53,029 nucleotides of DNA, from IMG/VR virus record IMGVR_UViG_3300008267_000477, positions 1-53,029 of that record; one strand, given 5' to 3'. This document shows positions 8,717 to 16,951 of this stretch, piece by piece. The position numbers and the translations under genes were made by a program. Below the pieces are notes generated by a model that saw nothing but the letters and a program-made list of their open reading frames with translations, had not been told where the DNA came from and did not search any database. The DNA comes from a virus (lineage: Duplodnaviria; Caudoviricetes). Position 1 is the stretch's first letter, and each line of letters begins with the position of its first letter.

Positions 8717-8734
8717 CATTGCGAAAATAAATAC

Positions 8735-8765
8735 AAAAGCCACTCCAAAAGAGTGGTTTTTTTTT
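8735..8765 (+). terminator. Rho-independent terminator
   Basis: GCCACTC-CAAAA-GAGTGGT stem-loop followed by a long T run. Confidence 0.85.
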
Positions 8766-8772
8766 GTCCAAA

Positions 8773-8829
8773 CTGTTGTAAAATCGGATTTATGTAGGGA
8801 TCTTTAGGTATAAAATTAAGAGAGATATG
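8773..8829 (+). promoter_or_regulatory. Early-type promoter/leader repeat
   Basis: TTG at 8776-8778, 20-nt spacer, GATCTTTAGGTATAA, AAGAGAGATATG. Confidence 0.8.
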
Positions 8830-9066
8830 AGAGTAAAATTCACAAACACATTATTTCGCGAAGTGATATTCGGAACCATTATTGAGATGGCTACTCCGGA
8901 GCTATTCGTTATTCAAGCTGACAAAGGTGGCCGTTACATAGTCAATCCTAACTCAGATTACAATTTCGGGTTTATCTGGAATGAGGAAGCGGAACGTAAG
9001 TATGCTGAGAAATTAAATGCTGTAGCTAAGGAGCTTGAAAGATTAGACAAAGTAATTACTAAATAA
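8827..9066 (+). CDS. Hypothetical protein
   Basis: ORF track; starts at the leader ATG. Confidence 0.8.
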   Translation: MRVKFTNTLFREVIFGTIIEMATPELFVIQADKGGRYIVNPNSDYNFGFIWNEEAERKYAEKLNAVAKELERLDKVITK

Positions 9067-9071
9067 GAGAT

Positions 9072-9224
9072 ATGAAAAATTCTAGAAAAACAATTGATAA
9101 AAATGATAAATTTGAGCAATGGTACAAAGACTATTTAAAAAACCCTGAAATAGAAAAATTGCCATTTTATGAAAAAACAAGGCTGAAATTAGCTCCGATA
9201 TATTTTATGTACCATTATAGATAA
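9072..9224 (+). CDS. Hypothetical 50-aa protein
   Basis: Translated by hand (MKNSRKTIDK...); AAGAGATATG leader. Confidence 0.6.
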   Translation: MKNSRKTIDKNDKFEQWYKDYLKNPEIEKLPFYEKTRLKLAPIYFMYHYR

Positions 9225-9236
9225 AAATTAAGAGAT

Positions 9237-9386
9237 ATGAAAAAGGTTTACATAGTTGCTGAAATGTTAGATTACGGGTTGTATGATATGGCCAATGCAC
9301 GTGCATTTGAGTTAGAATCTGACGCCGTATTTGCAGCTGAAGAAAAGGGTTTTGAAATAATAGTATTGGACGTAGTTCCAGTTTAA
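9237..9386 (+). CDS. Hypothetical 49-aa protein
   Basis: Translated by hand (MKKVYIVAEM...); AAGAGATATG leader. Confidence 0.65.
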   Translation: MKKVYIVAEMLDYGLYDMANARAFELESDAVFAAEEKGFEIIVLDVVPV

Positions 9387-9397
9387 TTTAAGAAGAA

Positions 9398-9919
9398 ATG
9401 AGCGTAGTAAGATTCATTGCTGACCTACATTTAGGTCACGAAAATATGGCTAAGAAACGAGGGTTTTCTAGTGTAGAAGAGCATGATGAGCATGTCATAA
9501 AAATGTGGAATAGTGTCGTGCATAAACGTGATATGACTTACATTTTAGGAGACGTTACAATGGAGTCTTCCAAACCATATCCACTGTTAGATCGACTCAA
9601 TGGTCGTAAGAAAGTTGTGCTCGGAAACCACGATATGCCCAAGCATATTCCCGAGCTTCTAAAATACGTTGACCAGGTCGGAGCTCTTATGAGATATAAG
9701 GGTGTTTGGATGTCTCATTGCCCTGTCCACCCTATGGAATTAGAGCACAGAGTTGGTCGAATCATCCACGGTCATATTCACGAAAAGTTCGTGGAAAAGT
9801 GGTTTACTTTTTTAGGGTTTAACTTGTTCAAACGCATTGATCGTCGATACTATTGCGTGTCGTGTGAGCATGTTGACTACACTCCAAAAACCCTTGCTGA
9901 ATTAGGAATAATAAGATAA
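9398..9919 (+). CDS. Calcineurin-like metallophosphoesterase
   Basis: DLHLGH, LGD, GNHD, SH and HGHIH motifs. Confidence 0.92.
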   Translation: MSVVRFIADLHLGHENMAKKRGFSSVEEHDEHVIKMWNSVVHKRDMTYILGDVTMESSKPYPLLDRLNGRKKVVLGNHDMPKHIPELLKYVDQVGALMRYKGVWMSHCPVHPMELEHRVGRIIHGHIHEKFVEKWFTFLGFNLFKRIDRRYYCVSCEHVDYTPKTLAELGIIR

Positions 9920-10051
9920 CAATATGGATAGAGAAAAATTTGCTTCAATCGTATGCCAATCTGTATTGGCAGTTAGTGCCCTAGTATATGCTCAGACGTA
10001 TAGCTAGCGGTTCATAACTCGGTTCATAACTTACAAAAATAAAACGCGGTT

Positions 10052-10110
10052 TTGTTGCATTTGTAAGATATTGTTCCGACCTTTAGGTATAACAAAAAAA
10101 GAGAGATATG
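10052..10110 (+). promoter_or_regulatory. Early-type promoter/leader repeat
   Basis: TTG at 10055-10057, 20-nt spacer, GACCTTTAGGTATAA, AAGAGAGATATG. Confidence 0.8.
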
Positions 10111-10917
10111 AAAACAATTGAATTAACCCCCGCTGAATTGGAGATGATCCAATTAAAACGTGAACAAGAAGAGTTAGCTGCACAAGAAAAAGCTGCTCTC
10201 AGACAAATTGCAATCGAGAAAGAGATTGCTCGAGCTACCTTATATGTTAAGAACTATATGGATAGAAGTGCTCAACAAGTGAAAGCTGCTGAGGAGTTTG
10301 CTAAGTTAATCCCAACTGCTACTTATCATGTTGATAAGACTGAACGTACCGTTAATGCTTGCTACGATAGAGAGGTTGTTGAAACCCTCAAGTACACAGA
10401 GAGTAATGCTTACCTGATGTTAAAAGGATATAAGATCTCAGTGACCGAACATATAGTGTACAATAAGTGGAACTACCGAGGATCTAGTAGAGGATATAAG
10501 ATGTATGTCTCAGGTCCTGGTATCGACTACAAGACTTCAAATCGTGGTTACAAAAACGGTAAGAAAGTTGTTGAGTTAATTGAAGATACAATCGAAGCAA
10601 GAAAAGCTCAGGAGTTGTATAAGAACAAACAACGAAATGCTGTTGAGACTGCTGTTGCTAATTTAACTGAACAATTCCCTAACGCTAGGATCAACTCCGG
10701 ACGTGGTTGTAAGATTAATCCTTACGGTTCTGCTTCTAATCGATACACCGAGTATGATGAGATTGTTGTTGTGCTTGAAAACGGAATCGAAGTAAAGTAC
10801 CGAGTTTATGAGAATGGTGAGCTATCTAGAATGGATCTTAGGTTTCCAAACGCCAATGCGACACAGTTGCTCTCTCAGTTAAATGAAATGAATTTTTCTA
10901 CCGAAACTGTTGCTTAA
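10108..10917 (+). CDS. Hypothetical protein with N-terminal coiled coil
   Basis: 269-aa ORF starting at the leader ATG. Confidence 0.8.
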   Translation: MKTIELTPAELEMIQLKREQEELAAQEKAALRQIAIEKEIARATLYVKNYMDRSAQQVKAAEEFAKLIPTATYHVDKTERTVNACYDREVVETLKYTESNAYLMLKGYKISVTEHIVYNKWNYRGSSRGYKMYVSGPGIDYKTSNRGYKNGKKVVELIEDTIEARKAQELYKNKQRNAVETAVANLTEQFPNARINSGRGCKINPYGSASNRYTEYDEIVVVLENGIEVKYRVYENGELSRMDLRFPNANATQLLSQLNEMNFSTETVA

Positions 10918-10963
10918 TCAAAAACAAGTCCTGACCTTTAGATATAAACAAAAGAGAGATATG
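10907..10963 (+). promoter_or_regulatory. Early-type promoter/leader repeat
   Basis: TTG at 10910-10912, 20-nt spacer, GACCTTTAGATATAA, AAGAGAGATATG. Confidence 0.8.
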
Positions 10964-12058
10964 AAGTTACAAACACTATTTAAGCGAGCTACCAACGGAA
11001 AGGTTTTGGAGCACACAATCGAAGTTGAAAACAACGGTTACCGAACAATATCAGGTTATGTTGATGGAGTCAAAACTACAACAGAATGGACCTTTTGTCT
11101 TGGAAAAAACATCGGTAGAAGTAATGAAACTACACCGGAAGGTCAAGCGCTAGCTGAGGCTAATGCGGAGTGGAAGAAACGTACAGAACGTAACTACTTT
11201 GCTAATGTTGCCGACATTGATAACGGTACAATGTTCAAACCCATGCTAGCTAATAAGTGGGAAGACTACGCTGACAAGATTCAATATCCTATCTACTCTC
11301 AACCTAAGTTGGATGGTATTAGATGTATCGTACGTAACGATGGAATGTGGACTAGAACCGGGAAGCCAATCATCTCAGCTCCACACATCTTCGAAGCACT
11401 CAAGCCACTATTTGAACAAGACCAGGATCTTATATTTGACGGGGAATTGTATGCTGACAAGTATGCTAATGACTTCAACGCTATCGTATCGCTGGTGAAG
11501 AAATCCAAGCCAACAGCTAAGGACCTAGAAGATAGTGCTAAAGTGATTGAGTATCATATATACGACCTACCAAGTCACGATGATGTCTTTTTTGAACGAT
11601 ACAAGGAATTGTGTAAAATGGAACTCTACACCAAGACCTTATGCTGTATGACAGTTGAAACAAACTTAGTAGAAGAGCTTAGTGATGTTGAAATGTTGTA
11701 TGGAAACTATGTTAATGCTGGTTATGAAGGTCAAATGATTAGATTGAATGAGAAGTATGAAAACAAACGCTCTAAGTCATTACTCAAGCATAAGTCATTC
11801 ATTGATGAGGAGTACACAATCGTAGGGTATGAAGAAGGGAATGGTAATCTAGCTGGAATGATCGGAGCATTAGTATTCCAAACAGCACAAGGAGATAAGT
11901 TCACAGCGTCAGTGAATGGTGGATGGGATCATCTCAAAGAGCTATGGAGTGAAAGAGATACTCTAATCGGTCAGGAAGCTACTATCAAGTACTTCAACAT
12001 CACACCGGATGGTAAGCCTCGCTTTCCAAAAGTAACAGCTATTCGAAATTACGAATAA
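10961..12058 (+). CDS. ATP-dependent DNA ligase
   Basis: Motif I QPKLDGIR, FDGELY, YEGQMIR, LLKHK and C-terminal PRFP; start reassigned from 10910. Confidence 0.93.
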   Translation: MKLQTLFKRATNGKVLEHTIEVENNGYRTISGYVDGVKTTTEWTFCLGKNIGRSNETTPEGQALAEANAEWKKRTERNYFANVADIDNGTMFKPMLANKWEDYADKIQYPIYSQPKLDGIRCIVRNDGMWTRTGKPIISAPHIFEALKPLFEQDQDLIFDGELYADKYANDFNAIVSLVKKSKPTAKDLEDSAKVIEYHIYDLPSHDDVFFERYKELCKMELYTKTLCCMTVETNLVEELSDVEMLYGNYVNAGYEGQMIRLNEKYENKRSKSLLKHKSFIDEEYTIVGYEEGNGNLAGMIGALVFQTAQGDKFTASVNGGWDHLKELWSERDTLIGQEATIKYFNITPDGKPRFPKVTAIRNYE

Positions 12059-12070
12059 AGTTTTATCTAA

Positions 12071-12125
12071 CTGTTGCCTAATTGAAATATAGTTCTGACC
12101 TTTAGGTATAAAAGAAAGAGATATG
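12071..12125 (+). promoter_or_regulatory. Early-type promoter/leader repeat
   Basis: TTG at 12074-12076, 20-nt spacer, GACCTTTAGGTATAA, AAGAGATATG. Confidence 0.8.
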
Positions 12126-12194
12126 AAAACAATAGAAAAAAAAGTTCAAAAATTGTATGAAGCTGCAGTGAGAATGTTAATGGTTAATGATTGA
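12123..12194 (+). pseudogene. 23-codon ORF behind a full promoter/leader (gene remnant or micropeptide)
   Basis: MKTIEKKVQKLYEAAVRMLMVND then TGA. Confidence 0.4.
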
Positions 12195-12236
12195 CCTCGC
12201 TGCTACATTAGAATTAACATTTTTAAAATAAGAGAT

Positions 12237-12461
12237 ATGACACAAGAATTTAGCTCAAGAGGAGACATTATCCTAGCCCTAGTTAAGGAGTTTGGTGAGA
12301 ATCCAAACTCGTTTAGTTACAACAAAACTGCTACAAAGTTTTGGACGTGGAACCGTTTGTATCACCATTATTGGGATATTAAGATGGGTCGCAAGTGGCA
12401 GTATGCGACTAAAAAAAACAAAGAAACAGGTTATTACGAATTAAAAACTAACACACCATGA
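12237..12461 (+). CDS. Hypothetical protein
   Basis: ORF track; AAGAGATATG leader. Confidence 0.75.
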   Translation: MTQEFSSRGDIILALVKEFGENPNSFSYNKTATKFWTWNRLYHHYWDIKMGRKWQYATKKNKETGYYELKTNTP

Positions 12462-12682
12462 TAAAGAGTTTAAATGAGATGCCACGTGCATCTAAGATCG
12501 AAATTGATTTAACGGGTCCGGAAGGAAACGCCTTCTACCTATTAGCACTAGCACAGAAACTTAGTAATGAATTTGACTTAGATTACGAAATCATAAAGAA
12601 AGAAATGATAGCAAGTGATTACGAAAACTTACTCCAAGTATTTGACAAGTATTTTGGTGGAATAGTTAATTTATTTCGCTAA
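12458..12682 (+). CDS. Conserved phage hypothetical protein
   Basis: IDLTGPEGNAFYLL motif recalled from large phages; ATGA overlap. Confidence 0.8.
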   Translation: MIKSLNEMPRASKIEIDLTGPEGNAFYLLALAQKLSNEFDLDYEIIKKEMIASDYENLLQVFDKYFGGIVNLFR

Positions 12683-12683
12683 A

Positions 12684-12736
12684 CTGTTGCATAAACAAAA
12701 ATTAGTTACGACCTTTAGGTATAAATGAGAGATATG
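12684..12736 (+). promoter_or_regulatory. Early-type promoter/leader repeat
   Basis: TTG at 12687-12689, 20-nt spacer, GACCTTTAGGTATAA, GAGAGATATG. Confidence 0.8.
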
Positions 12737-13030
12737 AAAAAACAAGAGTATTTTAAATTGATCAGAAAGATCAACAAGGCGCTTAGAGCGCAAGGTGTTA
12801 ATTGGTTTCAGACCTATTCAGAACCACGTAAGAAGACTAGTTATCGAACTAAGTTGTATTACATTAATTACAATCCTTCCGGTAAGGTGTTTGACAGTCT
12901 TGCTGCTGCTGAGTTAGTGAGTGAACAATCAAACGGATTGCTTGAAGCTAGAAAGTTTCTCGGGAAGAATTACTATGGACATTTAGTGTCAAACTTAGTC
13001 ATTAGACCTGTTAATTTGTTAAACCAATAA
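12734..13030 (+). CDS. Hypothetical protein
   Basis: ORF track 12725..13030; start moved to the leader ATG. Confidence 0.75.
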   Translation: MKKQEYFKLIRKINKALRAQGVNWFQTYSEPRKKTSYRTKLYYINYNPSGKVFDSLAAAELVSEQSNGLLEARKFLGKNYYGHLVSNLVIRPVNLLNQ

Positions 13031-13040
13031 TACGAGAGAT

Positions 13041-13157
13041 ATGTCACAAGAAATGATCGGAAATTTTGTCTATTTGTATTTTATGATTAGTACAATAGCG
13101 TTGATGAGATGGGGATTTGAGATCCTTGATAAGTTTTCTAAAAATAAAAACAAATAA
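13041..13157 (+). CDS. 38-aa single-TM protein
   Basis: Translated by hand (MSQEMIGNFVYLYFMISTIALMRWGF...); GAGAGATATG leader. Confidence 0.55.
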   Translation: MSQEMIGNFVYLYFMISTIALMRWGFEILDKFSKNKNK

Positions 13158-13158
13158 C

Positions 13159-13365
13159 ATGGCTGAGAATAAAAACACTAGTAACGGATTAGGATTAGGA
13201 ACTATATTGTTCTTGATATTTTTAACACTTAAACTTGCTGAGATCGGTCCGGTGCAATACTGGTCATGGTGGTGGGTTACTGCTCCACTTTGGATTCCTT
13301 TAAGTATTGTGTTGGTTATATTTGCAGTAATTGGAGTTGTAATGCTTATAGCTTCCAAACGGTAA
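13159..13365 (+). CDS. Small two-TM phage membrane protein
   Basis: GLGTILFLIFLTLKL...WSWWWVTAPLW; start moved from 13117 to ATG 13159. Confidence 0.8.
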   Translation: MAENKNTSNGLGLGTILFLIFLTLKLAEIGPVQYWSWWWVTAPLWIPLSIVLVIFAVIGVVMLIASKR

Positions 13366-13379
13366 CCTCAACTAAGTAC

Positions 13380-13387
13380 TATTTATA
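13380..13387 (+). promoter_or_regulatory. Late-type TATTTATA motif
   Basis: Intergenic, upstream of the second tagged-gene array. Confidence 0.55.
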
Positions 13388-13388
13388 T

Positions 13389-13420
13389 GAAAGGTTCTTG
13401 TAACGAGAGCCTTTCTTTCT
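13389..13420 (+). terminator. Probable terminator hairpin
   Basis: AAAGGTTCTT-GTAAC-GAGAGCCTTT followed by CTTTCT. Confidence 0.55.
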
Positions 13421-13426
13421 ATTCCT

Positions 13427-14107
13427 ATGATAAAGTTAAAACAGCTTATAGAAATGGTGACTGGCGAAGAGCAGTCTCGAGAGGAGTATGTGCTTAAACT
13501 ATCTCGTGAAATTGTCACAGCGTTTAAAAGTGGAACTGCTAGATATAAAACTACCTTTGACTACGTACGAGGTGATGAGTCTGTCGATTTGCTTGTTGAT
13601 ATTAAGTTTATTAAGCGACCTAACCAAGAGCATGCCTTTTCCATTGCTGCAGGATATGGACCTAGAACTTTTGTTAAAAAAGACGAAGATGCACTAGAGC
13701 TTTTAATTGAATACAATCCTAGCGCCTTTCCTAAAGCAATGAATGCGTTTGTGTCTGAGATAAAGGAAACTGTAGAGCATGAGTTTGAGCATGTTGGTCA
13801 ACAAAACTTCGAAGGACTTTATATCATATCCAATCGCTACAACGAGCCGTTGGCTTATCCTGAAGAGGCACCACAAGCACACAGTCACTTTCACTATCTC
13901 ACTAGTAACGTAGAAGTGCCTGCTTATGTTAAAGGATTGCTTAAGCGTGCTAAAGTTAATAAAATAACCTTCGAACAAGCCTTAGAAGATTACTATAGTG
14001 ACTACAAAGATACCTTTGTTTTGTATAACACAAGCTGGCCTACAGTGAAAAAGATTTGGAAGGATTGGGCAATAGCGAATCGAGATAGGCTTAGAAAGTT
14101 CACATGA
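13427..14107 (+). CDS. Tagged zincin-like metallopeptidase
   Basis: MIKLKQLIE tag; HEFEH plus downstream EVPAY. Confidence 0.7.
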   Translation: MIKLKQLIEMVTGEEQSREEYVLKLSREIVTAFKSGTARYKTTFDYVRGDESVDLLVDIKFIKRPNQEHAFSIAAGYGPRTFVKKDEDALELLIEYNPSAFPKAMNAFVSEIKETVEHEFEHVGQQNFEGLYIISNRYNEPLAYPEEAPQAHSHFHYLTSNVEVPAYVKGLLKRAKVNKITFEQALEDYYSDYKDTFVLYNTSWPTVKKIWKDWAIANRDRLRKFT

Positions 14108-14493
14108 TTAAACTCAAAGACATATTATTTGAAAGCATAACTCAAGCGCAACTAAAGTCGCTTGAACAATACGCTGACAAGTTATTTGCAGTTGTAGGAA
14201 TAGATGTAGAGTTCTCGAAACACTTCTTTGATCGAGTAAACGATCCCCGCAACTCTAAACCTATTTCAGACGCTGAGCTGACTGATATGTTTCAGAAAAC
14301 ATACGAGAAGTATGGTAAAAAGATATCACAACTTGGCCCTGAAGCAGAAGCTGTGATTGTTGATATGCAAAAGGATATTAACATTCCGTTTGTGTTACAT
14401 TACAATACTCAACACCAGCAACTGGAACTTGTCTCTAAAACAATAATGCGAAAGAAGAACTTTCAAACCACTAACCAAAAGCTAACCGTATAA
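14104..14493 (+). CDS. Tagged conserved phage protein (possible RelE/BrnT-like fold)
   Basis: MIKLKDILFE tag; FSKHFFDRVNDPRN and KTIMRKK motifs; fold assignment is inference. Confidence 0.65.
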   Translation: MIKLKDILFESITQAQLKSLEQYADKLFAVVGIDVEFSKHFFDRVNDPRNSKPISDAELTDMFQKTYEKYGKKISQLGPEAEAVIVDMQKDINIPFVLHYNTQHQQLELVSKTIMRKKNFQTTNQKLTV

Positions 14494-14504
14494 TTAATTA
14501 GTAC

Positions 14505-14511
14505 TATTTAT
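14505..14511 (+). promoter_or_regulatory. Late-type TATTTAT motif
   Basis: 4 nt upstream of ATG 14516. Confidence 0.55.
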
Positions 14512-14515
14512 TAAC

Positions 14516-15268
14516 ATGATAAAGCTAAGAAACCTCCTAACCGAAATCTCACAAGAGGATGCCAATATAGCAAACCTCGCTGCACTAGGTGCTGAGACTG
14601 TAGAAGACATCTCTTTTAAGTTTAAAAGCCAAAAAGCTGCGACACCTAAAGGGGTATTAATTCACGACATAATTACTATCGAAGCGTTTAATTTACCTGA
14701 CAAAGAAAACATACAATTTCAGAGGTATCATCTAATTTTTGGTGAAAGTAGTATGGCAATCTTTGATGCGTTTGGTGTTAATGAGACTGCAGGTCTTACT
14801 AGAAAAGATTGCCAAGCTCACTTGGATAAGTTAGCAGCTGAAGGGAAAACTGAAACGTGGGATGGTGCTTATATTGCTGGATTAACTAACTGGTCTGGTG
14901 CTGAATACTACTGCTTCTACAACGTAGGTAGATTGTTGTGGCCCGGCTACGCTAATCGAGTATTGCCTCACGAATCTCTTCACTTGGCACGTGGTTTAAT
15001 TACAATCGAAGCTAACGAATATATTAGAACCAATCAAGGTAAGGATAAGTGGTGGGAAGACGAAAGAGCTACTTTTACACAACTAAGTGACGATAATGAG
15101 GAGTACTTTGCTGAGACTCTTGAGCGCTGTAACGCTATTGCTTACAGTAGGTGGGATAAGGCTAAGTCCATGATGAAAGTTCCACCAAAGACTGGAACAC
15201 CAGTATCTCCTTCCGTAGGTAAGACGTCTGGTATCGATATCACTCAAACTCCAAAACAGCAAAAGTGA
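14516..15268 (+). CDS. Tagged zincin-like protein
   Basis: MIKLRNLLTE tag; HESLH plus downstream EEYFAE. Confidence 0.65.
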   Translation: MIKLRNLLTEISQEDANIANLAALGAETVEDISFKFKSQKAATPKGVLIHDIITIEAFNLPDKENIQFQRYHLIFGESSMAIFDAFGVNETAGLTRKDCQAHLDKLAAEGKTETWDGAYIAGLTNWSGAEYYCFYNVGRLLWPGYANRVLPHESLHLARGLITIEANEYIRTNQGKDKWWEDERATFTQLSDDNEEYFAETLERCNAIAYSRWDKAKSMMKVPPKTGTPVSPSVGKTSGIDITQTPKQQK

Positions 15269-16287
15269 TAAAAATTAAAAGCCTACTTCGCGAGGTTCGT
15301 TCCGATAAAATCGAACAGCAAATTGGTGATTACTTGAAGAAGTATCAAGCCAGCTCCTGCGCAGCTTATGTGTATAAGGATGGTAAGCCTTTGTTCGAGT
15401 ATTACAAAAATGCTGACAAAAGTAGTGTGTTTGGAATTGGATCAGTAAGTAAGGGTATAGATAAGATAGCCATAATGAAGTTAGTTCAAGATGGCAAGAT
15501 GAAGCTTTCCGATCCACTTTTTAAGTTTGGCTTTGATGTTCCGAAGGATGGTATTAACCTGGTTAATTACTACAATTGGGATTACTGGGAATCCGTGACT
15601 ATTGATCATTTAATGCATCACAAGTCTGGTATTCCAGATCTTATTAATGACATTCCAGAGTTTAACTTTCACTATGGTGAACATGGAAAGGACGAAGATC
15701 CAGACGAGCTCACAATACTTCGTGCACTAGCTAAGTACCCCTTTTACTTTAAGCCTGGTGAGCAGGAAAACTACAGTAACTCTAATTTTTGGTTTATTGG
15801 AAAGGTGATCGAGAAAGTTACCGGTAAGTCTTATGGCGATGCTATTAAGGAGCTTGTATTTGATCCGCTAGAGATGAAGAATACCTATTGGGCTTACAAA
15901 AGCACTAATCCTCCAGGATTGGTGAAAGGTAATGTCCTTGATGCTACTACAAACAAGCTGCTTCCCGCTTTTGAAATCAAACCGTTTGATGCGTGGGCAA
16001 TTTTCTACAGTACTCCAGATGATATGCTTAAATTGGGGGATGCTTTCATTAACGACAAACTGCTATCTGCAAAGACACGAAAGATGTTCTTTTCACCAGA
16101 ACCAGAAAACTCTCCAGGTCAGTTGGGTGCAATCCATGACGGATATACTTGTAGATGGGATGCATACGCTTCTAAGGGAGTTGTGATTTTGTTTGTTGTC
16201 AATGTGTTTGGGCAGACAGTAGTAGAACCAACTATGGTGATTGGAAAACAAATGCGAGACTCTTTTGTAACCGGATTATCCCAATGA
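15265..16287 (+). CDS. Tagged beta-lactamase-family (class C/PBP-like) serine hydrolase
   Basis: SxxK (GSVSK), LMHHKSGI, YxN (YSNSN), PLEMKNT, HDG; GTG start with MIKIKSLLRE tag; no signal peptide visible. Confidence 0.88.
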   Translation: MIKIKSLLREVRSDKIEQQIGDYLKKYQASSCAAYVYKDGKPLFEYYKNADKSSVFGIGSVSKGIDKIAIMKLVQDGKMKLSDPLFKFGFDVPKDGINLVNYYNWDYWESVTIDHLMHHKSGIPDLINDIPEFNFHYGEHGKDEDPDELTILRALAKYPFYFKPGEQENYSNSNFWFIGKVIEKVTGKSYGDAIKELVFDPLEMKNTYWAYKSTNPPGLVKGNVLDATTNKLLPAFEIKPFDAWAIFYSTPDDMLKLGDAFINDKLLSAKTRKMFFSPEPENSPGQLGAIHDGYTCRWDAYASKGVVILFVVNVFGQTVVEPTMVIGKQMRDSFVTGLSQ

Positions 16288-16937
16288 TAAAACTCAAACA
16301 CATATTACAAGAAATACAAGAGACATTTGATGATGCCGCATTTCACGGTAATGGTATGACTCCACAAGAGATGCGCACTGGTACTTGTAGTACGACGTGG
16401 CATACTCCGGATCAAGATACTGGATGTCCTAAGTTTGAATTTAGAGGAGGGCGGATATCTGACGAAGTATTGCAGCTAGCTTTACAGTATCTTAATAGCG
16501 AGGATATCAATACACTTATAGCGTTTTCGGCCGGAGGACCGTTGTTGATGGTTGCATTGTCAGCTGGAGCAAAGAGGCCGAAGCAAATTAATTTTGTAGC
16601 ACCGGCTTGGAAGAAGACTTGGGCTAAAGGTCGTACAATCAATCCACAAGATAGTGCTGGTCCTGGCTTCATAGTTCATGGAGTAGATGACATAGCAGTT
16701 CCTATTGCACATTCAGCTGAGCTATCAATCAAGACAGGAATGCCTTTATACATCTTTAAGGATAGACACCATATTACAATACTCAAACACAAACTCTCAC
16801 CTGCGGGTGGATTCCATTTAACTGGTAAAGACTTAACAAGAGCTTTGCAGGAATTACCGGATTGGGGAGTTGATCGTTGGGAGGCTAATCCCGAAGAGCT
16901 TAAGCAACAGCAAGACTGGTTCAAAGCACTCATGTGA
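16284..16937 (+). CDS. Tagged alpha/beta hydrolase
   Basis: Nucleophile elbow AFSAGG, HGVDDIAVP, downstream His; MIKLKHILQE tag. Confidence 0.78.
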   Translation: MIKLKHILQEIQETFDDAAFHGNGMTPQEMRTGTCSTTWHTPDQDTGCPKFEFRGGRISDEVLQLALQYLNSEDINTLIAFSAGGPLLMVALSAGAKRPKQINFVAPAWKKTWAKGRTINPQDSAGPGFIVHGVDDIAVPIAHSAELSIKTGMPLYIFKDRHHITILKHKLSPAGGFHLTGKDLTRALQELPDWGVDRWEANPEELKQQQDWFKALM

Positions 16938-16951
16938 TTTACAAGACAACT

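Noticed and set aside
9924-10031. 27-codon ORF and a tandem 12-bp repeat (CGGTTCATAACT twice, 10008-10031)
   Set aside because: Too short, only two copies, and no supporting context
1-12736. Dispersed repeats as a CRISPR array or mobile-element ends
   Set aside because: Copies are separated by whole genes, have a variable internal spacer and always end at an ATG; no cas or transposase genes are seen
15265-16287. Calling this an antibiotic-resistance gene (ampC)
   Set aside because: Family motifs do not establish beta-lactamase activity and there is no signal peptide
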